From: Candidatus Thalassospirochaeta sargassi
Lineage (GTDB): Bacteria; Spirochaetota; Spirochaetia; UBA9216
Direction of reading: 5' to 3'
Assembly: GCA_028532855.1 (NCBI GenBank)
Contig: JAQQAL010000044.1
Location: 14,334 to 78,333, forward strand
Length of the DNA: 64,000 bases
The first letter of the stretch is position 1, and each line of letters starts with the position of its first letter. Shown one piece after another: positions 9,025 to 20,570 of the stretch. A program made the translations under genes and the position numbers. The notes under the pieces were generated by a model. The model was given only the letters and a program-made list of their open reading frames with translations, made no database searches and was not told the DNA's origin.

Positions 9025-9063
9025 GTAACTCCCCTGGGCTGTTGATATCTCCATATTTGTCTT

Positions 9064-9099
9064 GCCGGTACTGATTCGTCAGTGCCGGCTCTTTTTTTA
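9064..9099 (+). terminator. Rho-independent terminator after glnN: 11-bp stem gccggtactga/tcagtgccggc (one G-U pair), loop ttcg, then a T7 run.
   Basis: Stem plus tctttttttat read directly. Confidence 0.8.
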
Positions 9100-9346
9100 T
9101 TAATCGTGGTAAATTAATGCTCTGCCCTTTTGTTCAATCCGTCTGTAGAGCTCTATGGAAGCTGTTATACGTGATTTCGAAATCGGTTCAATGTTAGCCG
9201 TCGGAGGACTCTCTGAAGGTGTATTTGTGCTGGGCGGAATCTGGAATTAATTGAGGTTAAAGAATTTGCCGGAGAGCCTGCGGCAATTAATACCTGATGT
9301 TCATGCATCTTTGTTTAAACCGGGGCTGTGATGGTTCCGGTTTTTG

Positions 9347-9397
9347 TTGACTTCGTGCACACGTTTGCATTATACTGACTAATGCAAACGTGTGCAT
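9347..9397 (+). promoter_or_regulatory. Sigma70-like promoter (TTGACT-18-TATACT) with an embedded 17/18-bp inverted repeat of LacI-family operator-like 14-mers (TGCACACGTTTGCA ... TGCAAACGTGTGCA). Putative autoregulatory operator of the LacI-family gene.
   Basis: Left arm 9355-9372, right arm 9380-9397. The TATACT -10 lies in the 7-nt spacer, and the right arm overlaps the annotated start codon. The half-site resembles the LacI/CcpA-type TGnAAnCGnTTnCA pattern. Confidence 0.6.
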
Positions 9398-10454
9398 AAT
9401 CCAGTACCGGGAGGAGCCTCTGACAATTAAGGAACTGGCAAAGATCGCCGGTCTGAATCATTCTACAGTATCCCGCAGCCTCAATAACAGTCCGCTCATA
9501 TCCGATGAGACCAAGAAGCGGGTCTTGAAGCTTGCCGAGGAATATGATTTTGAACTCAATGCAAGTGCACGCGGGATGCGAACCAATAAAACAGGCACAA
9601 TCGGAGTAATTTTTCCCGTCATACGGGATCGTTACCGTGATATGCAGTATCTCGGAAGTCTTATGAATACCCTTCGATATACCATTGAAGAAGAGCAGTA
9701 CGACAGTATTATTACCATGCCTGTTAACCCGGTGACAGGGAAAAGCAATATCAGAAAGCTGATACAGCAGCATAAGGTTGACGGTCTGCTGCTTGTACTT
9801 CAGGATCTTGAAGCTGATGACAGGGAAATACTTGAAGAGTCGAAGATGCCCTTTGTCTCCCTGCATTTTAAATGGCAGAGCGGATATAAAGCTGATGATA
9901 ATTATGTTTATCCTGATAATTATAAAGGGGGGTATCTTGCAGCCGAATGTCTGCTCGATACCGGATGCCGGAAATTGATTACCCTTACTGAACCAGGCGG
10001 ACTGTATGAGTTTGAGGAGCGAACCAGAGGGTATTTAAAAGCTCAGCGCGACAGGGGTATAGATGCGGCCGAAAACTGTATTTTTTTTGGCGAAACAGGC
10101 TTTGATTTCGGCTACAGCTTCATTATGGAAAACCTGTCTCTGCTCAGAGATGTCGACGGAATCTTTGCTCAGGCTGATATGAATGCAATCGGTGTTATTG
10201 AGGCGTTGAAAGAATCGGGATTGCGGGTGCCCGGGGATATTGCGGTAGTCGGATACGATGATATTGATATTGATTATTTTTTTAAACCCAGACTTACTAC
10301 AATACATCAGCCGCGGGAAGAGTATACCGAAATAGCATGCAGGAAGCTTATCGAACTAATCGAAAATAAAGAAGAAACTCAGCTTGTGCAGAGAGTGATA
10401 GAACCGAATTTATTGATTCGTGAATCTTGTGTAAATAAGGATGAAATAAAATGA
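9390..10454 (+). CDS. LacI-family transcriptional regulator (HTH plus periplasmic-binding-protein-like sugar-binding domain).
   Basis: N-terminal HTH LTIKELAKIAGLNHSTVSRSLNN, followed by a type-1 PBP fold typical of LacI/PurR. The start is uncertain: the ORF track uses GTG 9390, and GGGAGGAG at 9407-9414 would favour a non-ATG start near LTIKEL. Confidence 0.85.
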   Translation: MCIIQYREEPLTIKELAKIAGLNHSTVSRSLNNSPLISDETKKRVLKLAEEYDFELNASARGMRTNKTGTIGVIFPVIRDRYRDMQYLGSLMNTLRYTIEEEQYDSIITMPVNPVTGKSNIRKLIQQHKVDGLLLVLQDLEADDREILEESKMPFVSLHFKWQSGYKADDNYVYPDNYKGGYLAAECLLDTGCRKLITLTEPGGLYEFEERTRGYLKAQRDRGIDAAENCIFFGETGFDFGYSFIMENLSLLRDVDGIFAQADMNAIGVIEALKESGLRVPGDIAVVGYDDIDIDYFFKPRLTTIHQPREEYTEIACRKLIELIENKEETQLVQRVIEPNLLIRESCVNKDEIK

Positions 10455-12109
10455 ATATAGAAATCGAGAGAAAGTGGTGGAAGGAGTCGGTTGTTTATCA
10501 GATATATCCGCGGAGTTTTTACGATTCAAACGGTGATGGTATAGGTGACCTGCGCGGCATAATTGAGAAGATTGATTATATCGCATCCCTCGGGGTCGAT
10601 GTCATATGGCTGAACCCGGTTTATAAATCACCTAACGATGATAACGGATACGACATCAGCGATTATCGGGATATTATGGACGAGTTTGGTACCATGGCTG
10701 ATTGGGTGGAGCTTCTTGATAGGGTCCATCAGGCCGGAATGAAACTGATTATGGATCTGGTTGTTAATCATACCTCTGATGAACACGAGTGGTTTATTGA
10801 ATCGCGTTCTTCCCTCGATAACGAGTATCGTGATTACTACATCTGGCGTGACGGGATAGATGGTAACCCTCCAAATGACTGGCTTGCTCATTTTTCCGGT
10901 AGTGCATGGGAATTTGATGAAAAAACCGGGCAGTATTTTCTCCATCTGTTTACCAGGCGACAGCCTGATTTAAACTGGGAAAATGAAAAGGTTAGAGCCG
11001 GTGTTCACGATATCATGAAATTCTGGCTTGAAAAAGGAATCGACGGATTCCGTATTGATACTATCAATATGTTTTCAAAGGTGCCGGGGCTTCCGCCTGT
11101 TGAAGCAGCAGACGGCAAGCTCCGCTGGGGTGGAGAATTTTTCATGAACGGACCTCGAATCCACGAGTTTATACATGAGATGAATGAAAAAGTCCTGGCA
11201 GGATACGATGTAATGACCGTAGGCGAATGCCCGGATGTAACACCCGAAATGGCCATTGATTACGTCGGTCCCGAGCGAAAAGAGCTGAATATGCTTTTTC
11301 AGTTTGAACACATGAGTGTTGATCATCCGCATGAAGACAAATGGGATATCAGGCCCTTTGATCTTGTCCGATTCAAAGAGATTATCAGTAAGTGGCAGAT
11401 AGAGCTTCATGGACGCGGATGGAACAGTAATTACCTGATGAATCATGATCAACCCAGATCAGTTTCCCGTTTTGGCGATGATGGAAAATACCGGGTTGAA
11501 TCAGCAAAAATGCTTCTTACATTTCTTATGACCCTTGAAGGTACTACCTACATCTATCAGGGCGAAGAAATAGGTATGATTAACTCAGGGCTGGACAGGA
11601 TTGAAGATTACCGCGATGTTGAGGTCCTCAATCATTACAAGGAAGCTGTAAGGGGCGGTAAAGACCTTGAAGAGGTTATTGAATCCTATATGAAGATGTC
11701 GCGTGACAATTCCCGGACCCCCATGCAGTGGTCGAAAGAGCCGAATGCAGGGTTTTCAACCGTTGAACCATGGATAAAGCCGGGGGTAAGCTGGCGGGAG
11801 ATCAATGTTGAAAATGATTTGGAATCACCTGATTCAATCATCAAATTCTTCAGGCAGCTTGTGAAGATAAGAAAGGAAAATCTGACCCTTATCTACGGTG
11901 AATTTGAGCAGCTCATGCCTGATGATCAGGACCTGTTTATATACAGGAGATTCATGGACGACGAGGTATATCTTTCGATTTTGAATTTCAGTGCAGATAA
12001 CCATGACCTCACAATTCTTCCTGATCATGCGCAGCTGCTGCTTGGCAACTATAATGATGAAACAGAATGGCTACGGCCCTATGAAGCAAGGATATATAGA
12101 ATTCGTTGA
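10451..12109 (+). CDS. GH13 alpha-glucosidase (oligo-1,6-glucosidase, trehalose-6-P hydrolase or sucrose isomerase subfamily).
   Basis: WWKESVVYQIYPRSFYDSNGDGIGDLRGIIEKIDYIASLGVDVIWLNPVYKSP, DLVVNHTSDEHEWF, GFRIDTINM and YQGEEIGM are classic GH13_31 blocks. The start overlaps the LacI stop (ATGA). Confidence 0.9.
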   Translation: MNIEIERKWWKESVVYQIYPRSFYDSNGDGIGDLRGIIEKIDYIASLGVDVIWLNPVYKSPNDDNGYDISDYRDIMDEFGTMADWVELLDRVHQAGMKLIMDLVVNHTSDEHEWFIESRSSLDNEYRDYYIWRDGIDGNPPNDWLAHFSGSAWEFDEKTGQYFLHLFTRRQPDLNWENEKVRAGVHDIMKFWLEKGIDGFRIDTINMFSKVPGLPPVEAADGKLRWGGEFFMNGPRIHEFIHEMNEKVLAGYDVMTVGECPDVTPEMAIDYVGPERKELNMLFQFEHMSVDHPHEDKWDIRPFDLVRFKEIISKWQIELHGRGWNSNYLMNHDQPRSVSRFGDDGKYRVESAKMLLTFLMTLEGTTYIYQGEEIGMINSGLDRIEDYRDVEVLNHYKEAVRGGKDLEEVIESYMKMSRDNSRTPMQWSKEPNAGFSTVEPWIKPGVSWREINVENDLESPDSIIKFFRQLVKIRKENLTLIYGEFEQLMPDDQDLFIYRRFMDDEVYLSILNFSADNHDLTILPDHAQLLLGNYNDETEWLRPYEARIYRIR

Positions 12110-12121
12110 CGGAGTGCGGAT

Positions 12122-16026
<3,905 letters not shown>

Positions 16027-16089
16027 GAAACCGAAAAAGCTTAAAAAATTACTTAGTAAAATTGTCCGGTTTGTATTACAATCAGAATT

Positions 16090-17019
16090 ATGGAAGGACG
16101 TAACCCGACTATTATAGTCCCGTTCTCTCCCGCTGATTCAGCGGAGGTCTGCCGTGATGTTTTTGTGTATCTGCGACCCGAATCTAACGGCATTGAGGTC
16201 GAAAGTCTGATAATGCAGGCTATCCGTGCGGAAAACCTTAAAGACAGCGTTAAACTCTCATATCTTGCAAACCTGCCGGGAGATTTTATAGCATCGAAGG
16301 GGCTGATAGAGCATCATTACCGAATCAGACTTCTTTTTGCTGTAAAAGGAAAAAATCTGTTCACCCGGCACATGAAGAAGGTCTTTAAATCCTATTTCAG
16401 ATGCTCTTTCGACAAGGCTGATATATTAGGCCCCTATGAAGCCATGAAAAGGCTCGGGGTGGATGAAGAAACCCTGTTCAAAACCTGGGTCAAGCCGTCA
16501 AATATGCTTAATATAAACGGTCAGTCAATTAAGAAAATAAATAACCTTTTTGTTCTGAACTATGATATTCCGGCTCTGCTGAAAAAGAACGACATCAACA
16601 CAGATATAGCCGTAATGATTTTCAGATGCTGCCGTAAGGATGAAGATATACATTATATGATAGATGCCATAGAGGCGCAGCTGAAGTCCAGGGGTATTGT
16701 AAATGTCATGAACCCATCAAGCCGAATCTTTCATTACTCAAAGGGGCCGTTTGAAGAGCTGCTGGACTGCAGCGGGTTCCTTTATAACAGCGATTTGAAA
16801 AATATACCGCTTTCAGAGGTTACCTTCGGTCGATATCTGCTGGAAAACGGTGTGGAAATAGAGCAGATCGAAGGCGCACTCTACCACCCAATCATGTATT
16901 TCAAACCTGATAATGGCAGTTTTGTAGAGAATGATATCTACAGCTATACGAAGGACCTTAGTTACGCGGAAGCCCTTGAGCGGTTTAAGACAGTATTTTT
17001 GCAGAGGGTTATTCAATAG
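16090..17019 (+). CDS. Hypothetical protein (309 aa); no recognisable domain.
   Basis: Long ORF in the operon direction with no identifiable motifs. Confidence 0.5.
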   Translation: MEGRNPTIIVPFSPADSAEVCRDVFVYLRPESNGIEVESLIMQAIRAENLKDSVKLSYLANLPGDFIASKGLIEHHYRIRLLFAVKGKNLFTRHMKKVFKSYFRCSFDKADILGPYEAMKRLGVDEETLFKTWVKPSNMLNINGQSIKKINNLFVLNYDIPALLKKNDINTDIAVMIFRCCRKDEDIHYMIDAIEAQLKSRGIVNVMNPSSRIFHYSKGPFEELLDCSGFLYNSDLKNIPLSEVTFGRYLLENGVEIEQIEGALYHPIMYFKPDNGSFVENDIYSYTKDLSYAEALERFKTVFLQRVIQ

Positions 17020-17069
17020 AGAATTCTGATAAACTAAGTTATAATGAATTGTGATTTAAAGGAGTATTT

Positions 17070-18601
17070 ATGAAACGATTGCTGCTCTGTTTTCTTGTAC
17101 TTGCTTTGTCCATCCCCCTGTTTGCAAATGATAAACCCCTGCTTGCCGTAACCGCTATTACCGCCAACGGAGTTGCTGAGGCTGATGCAACCGCCTGTCG
17201 CTCTATTGTTGAAACCGCACTTTTTAAACCGAACTTTTTACAGTCCTGAGTTATAATGATATGCAGGAAATTCTCGATGCGCAGGCCTTCTCTCTGTCCG
17301 GATGTACAGACGATTCATGCGCTATTGAGGTTGGTAAGCTGCTTGCCGCTGAAAATATCGTACTCGGTGAATTGTCTGCAATCGGAAGTGTCTATAACCT
17401 CGCAATACGGCTTATAGATGTCGGTTCAAGCCAGACCCTCGGGGCCGAGGTTGTAAGCTTCGCATCGCTTGACGAGATGCAGGAAGCGGTATTTTCTGCA
17501 TCTTATAAAATGGCCGGCCTTAAATACGAGGGGGACACCTCAGTATCGATCGATGTAGCCGGTGAAATCTATGTCTCTGCAGCTGATGATCAGTCTCTTG
17601 AAGTCTTTCTTGACGGAGAGAGTGTAGGATTCACTCCGATTCTGCTTGAAGGCGTACCATTCGGAGCCCATCTTGTCGAGGTTAAATCCGCTGATAGTAC
17701 TTTTACGAAAGAAGTTACCATCCTGTCTAAGGACATTGTTGAGGTTGAAGCGGACATCCGCCTGCTCACGGGAAATGTTATTCTGACTGTAATACCGAAA
17801 GATGCGGAAGGCTTTGAAATCAAGGTTGATAATTTCGTTATGAAAAAAGGCTTGAACAAAGGGGTTCCTGCAGGCCAAAAAACAATCCATGCCGAAGGCA
17901 GCGGCTGGTTTTTTCTTGATGAGTTTGATATCGAACCGGAAGTTACTTCAAGGATTACAATTGAACTTGTAGCCGGAGGATATCTTGAGATACTGGGGGT
18001 TGAAGAGGCAACAGCCGAGGCTGTGAACGCCGAAGGCGCCGTCGTTCCGGTTAATGTAAACGCAACAAACACCCTGGCTCCGGGGAAATATACGGTTACG
18101 GTTTTTCACAGTGATTATGAAGACAGTGTTTCGGAGGTCGAAATTGTTCGGGATGAAACCCTGAAGATTGAACAGGAGTTGGAGTATACCGAAAATTATT
18201 TCAGGCGCCAGGATATAGCAGCTCTTGAAAAAAGGCTGGCTGAGGTTAAGGATAATACCAAATTCTGGAAAGGCTCAAGCTGGTTCTGGGGTTCAATTGC
18301 CGCAGCCGGGCTTTCAGTTGTCGGAACCGGGGAGTATATGATCTCTACGGCAACGGAAGAGCTCACGGATTTGGCGGCGCAGTATGATGCGGCAACCACC
18401 CAGGCTGATATCGACAGCCTCGGCGCTGCAATAACGGAGGAAGAAGACAGTATTTTTATGTGGCGCGAGTACCGTGATACGGCAATATACATAGGGGCAC
18501 CTGCGGCAGGGCTCACACTGTTTTCCGTTCTTCTGGCAGGTCGTGAGGCCCGCATAGAACGAAAGATTACAAGACTGCAGGAGGCTATGGATGAAGAATA
18601 G
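17070..18601 (+). pseudogene. CsgG/LpoB-like N-domain plus PEGA-domain envelope protein, disrupted by an apparent single-base deletion in a homopolymer (about 17221-17230). It reads as two ORFs: 17070-17249 (frame 0; signal peptide plus N-domain) and 17228/17261-18601 (frame 2).
   Basis: SD AAAGGAGtatttATG at 17070. Frame 0 gives MKRLLLCFLVLALSIPLFANDKPLLAVTAITANG...SIVETALFK, then a stop. Frame 2 continues (T)ELFTVLSYNDMQEILDAQAFSLSGCTDDSCAIEVGKLLAAENIVLGE...LAIRLIDV. Joined, they reproduce the CsgG-type block TALVKSGRFTVLERQRLDAILNEQ. Downstream PEGA motifs (LEVFLDGESVGFTPILLEGVPFGAHLVEV; GKYTVTVFHSDYED) and a C-terminal TM are present. Confidence 0.6.
17261..18601 (+). CDS. PEGA-domain protein: the C-terminal portion of the frameshifted CsgG-like/PEGA gene as called by the ORF track.
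   Basis: 446-aa ORF containing two PEGA-like repeats and a C-terminal TM helix; see the pseudogene entry above. Confidence 0.6.
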   Translation: MQEILDAQAFSLSGCTDDSCAIEVGKLLAAENIVLGELSAIGSVYNLAIRLIDVGSSQTLGAEVVSFASLDEMQEAVFSASYKMAGLKYEGDTSVSIDVAGEIYVSAADDQSLEVFLDGESVGFTPILLEGVPFGAHLVEVKSADSTFTKEVTILSKDIVEVEADIRLLTGNVILTVIPKDAEGFEIKVDNFVMKKGLNKGVPAGQKTIHAEGSGWFFLDEFDIEPEVTSRITIELVAGGYLEILGVEEATAEAVNAEGAVVPVNVNATNTLAPGKYTVTVFHSDYEDSVSEVEIVRDETLKIEQELEYTENYFRRQDIAALEKRLAEVKDNTKFWKGSSWFWGSIAAAGLSVVGTGEYMISTATEELTDLAAQYDAATTQADIDSLGAAITEEEDSIFMWREYRDTAIYIGAPAAGLTLFSVLLAGREARIERKITRLQEAMDEE

Positions 18602-19625
18602 AGTTGTCGGTTTATTAATTCTGATTTTAATAGTTTTCGCCGCCTGTGATTTCTTTGATTCCTCCGCTGCTGATGAGGCCATACTTGCAGCCGACAGGGA
18701 CAATTCTCTTGATAATGATTTCTGGGAACGCAAGACAACCTTCCCCGGTGAAAAAAGAGCAAATGCCGTCCTGTTTGAACGTGACGGGCTTATTTACTAT
18801 GGCCTCGGACACCATGAGGATGATAATGCACTCATCGATATGTGGACGTATGATCCGGATACCGAGAGCTGGGTTGAGCTGGATATAAGTCCGCCGGCTC
18901 GAGGCGACGATTCTTGTACGATCTATGAATATAACAACTATGTATATATAGTTGAGGGCTGGAACCATGATACTGTCTGGGAATATGACGTTGATGCTGC
19001 CTCTATTACCCTGTCTACACTGAATTTCAGTATCATTTCTGAAGAAGGTTTGACCTCGGCATGGACGGACAGTTTAGTCCTGTTTGGGACTGCAAGCTAC
19101 GGCAATTATGAATGGTGGAGTTATTCTCCTTCAACCGAGAGTCTTGAGATGACGAAAGAATCTTCTTTAACTGAAAACTACGGTTTAAGAAGCCCCGCAT
19201 TTTTCACAATCGGCGACGATATATACACCGGCGGTGGAAAATGTCCCGTTGATCAGTCTGAAGATGCAGACGATGATGGTGTAGAAACAACTGCGGTGCT
19301 GGATTTTTATAAGTTTGATACTCTTACTGAAAACTGGTCTGAGATTGCATCCCTTCCTGAGTCTGCCGGATGGGTGGGAAAAGGGTTTGCTATCGACGGT
19401 ACAGGTTATGTGCTTGATGAATACGGGAAGCTTTTCTCTTATTCCACGGCCAATGATGAATGGACGGAGCTTGCCGCGTTTCCGGATGATTATCCCCTGG
19501 ATTATCACAACAGTACCTTTGTTGTCTGTAACGGTTCTGCATATTTCTTACGCCAGTGGATGGGGTTCGGAGATGGTCTTTGGCCCGGAAACTTTTCGGG
19601 ATATCTGTATAAATACACCCCTTAA
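18591..19625 (+). CDS. Lipoprotein with Kelch-like beta-propeller repeats.
   Basis: Lipobox LIVFAAC. Five to six repeats of about 50 aa contain W/Y...GG patterns (for example YYGLGHHEDDN...WTYDPDTESW and YVYIVEGWNHDTVWEYD). An 11-nt overlap with the upstream gene indicates coupling. Confidence 0.55.
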   Translation: MKNRVVGLLILILIVFAACDFFDSSAADEAILAADRDNSLDNDFWERKTTFPGEKRANAVLFERDGLIYYGLGHHEDDNALIDMWTYDPDTESWVELDISPPARGDDSCTIYEYNNYVYIVEGWNHDTVWEYDVDAASITLSTLNFSIISEEGLTSAWTDSLVLFGTASYGNYEWWSYSPSTESLEMTKESSLTENYGLRSPAFFTIGDDIYTGGGKCPVDQSEDADDDGVETTAVLDFYKFDTLTENWSEIASLPESAGWVGKGFAIDGTGYVLDEYGKLFSYSTANDEWTELAAFPDDYPLDYHNSTFVVCNGSAYFLRQWMGFGDGLWPGNFSGYLYKYTP

Positions 19626-19630
19626 AAAGT

Positions 19631-19680
19631 AAAAAAAGAGCCCCTCAGGTTGCTCAGGTCTGAGGGGCAAGGTAAAAAAA
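19631..19680. terminator. Bidirectional rho-independent terminator between convergent genes: 9-bp perfect stem gcccctcag/ctgaggggc flanked by A7 upstream and A-rich downstream.
   Basis: Read directly. It lies between the lipoprotein gene (+) and hsp20 (-). Confidence 0.8.
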
Positions 19681-19821
19681 TTATTGGAGGGAGAATGGAT
19701 TATTCCTTTTGGAGGAGGATTGGAATCCTTTAAGAAGAAAATGGCTTTTTTCTCCTTAAAGAATTCGGAGTTCCCTAATCCGGGGGAACTCCGGGATTTG
19801 ATCATCAATTCATCAACACTT

Positions 19822-20274
19822 CTATTTGACTTTGATGTCAATCTTCTTCGGTTCAGCCTTAGGAACCTTCGGGATGTTCAATGTAAGAAGTCCGTTCTCA
19901 AATGATGCCTCTATATTTTCCTTATCTACGTCCTTTGGGAGAACGAAGGTTCTTGTAAAGCTTCTTCCGCTTCTCTCGTGCATGATGTAGCGTACTGATT
20001 CTTTCTTCTCTTCCTTCTTCTCATCTTTTGCATCCTTCAATTCGGCTGCTGAGACAGTAAGAAGATTGTTGTCCACCTTGATCTCTACATCATCTTTTCC
20101 GTATCCGGGGAGTTCGATGCTCAGTTCAAAACTTCCTTCTTTTTCAACAGCATCTACTGCTGGATATCTTGAAGCCTTTGCTGAGCTTCCGCTTCCGATC
20201 ATTGATTCCATCATTCTGTCCATTTCGTCGAAAACATTTACTCTTCCGGGTCTGTAGGTTGCTACTCTAGTCAT
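19822..20274 (-). CDS. Small heat-shock protein, Hsp20/alpha-crystallin family.
   Basis: 150 aa. The alpha-crystallin domain shows FELSIELPGYGKDDVEIKVDNNLLTVSA...RSGRSFTRTFVLP...ASFENGLLTLNIPK. RBS AAGGAGattagatATG. Confidence 0.9.
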   Translation of the reverse strand: MTRVATYRPGRVNVFDEMDRMMESMIGSGSSAKASRYPAVDAVEKEGSFELSIELPGYGKDDVEIKVDNNLLTVSAAELKDAKDEKKEEKKESVRYIMHERSGRSFTRTFVLPKDVDKENIEASFENGLLTLNIPKVPKAEPKKIDIKVK

Positions 20275-20318
20275 ATCTAATCTCCTTAAAAGTTGATTTT
20301 CTTTTACACTAATAGATA

Positions 20319-20335
20319 ATGCATGAAGCGTGCCA
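20319..20335 (-). promoter_or_regulatory. Sigma54-type promoter upstream of hsp20 (minus strand): TGGCACgcttcaTGCAT.
   Basis: The minus strand reads ttTTGGCACGCTTCATGCATtatc. GG-N10-GC spacing is canonical. It is 45-60 bp upstream of the hsp20 ATG, with palindromes further upstream at 20380-20392, 20418-20438 and 20466-20478. Confidence 0.5.
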
Positions 20336-20570
20336 AAAAACTGTTTTTATATGAAAAAAAGAGAAAAATCTTATAAAATCTTACATTGTAAGTAATTATT
20401 CTCTTGTGAGTAATTTTAACGTTCAACAAATGAACGTTGCCGATTGCCTTCTTAGGTGTGTAGTGTGTCAAAATGACAATGCGGAAATTTCTTCTTGCTA
20501 AACTGTGTTATTTTGACCCATAGATTGAAAATTCCTTGCCAAAAAGGGTCAAAGAGGTGAAAATGATCTA

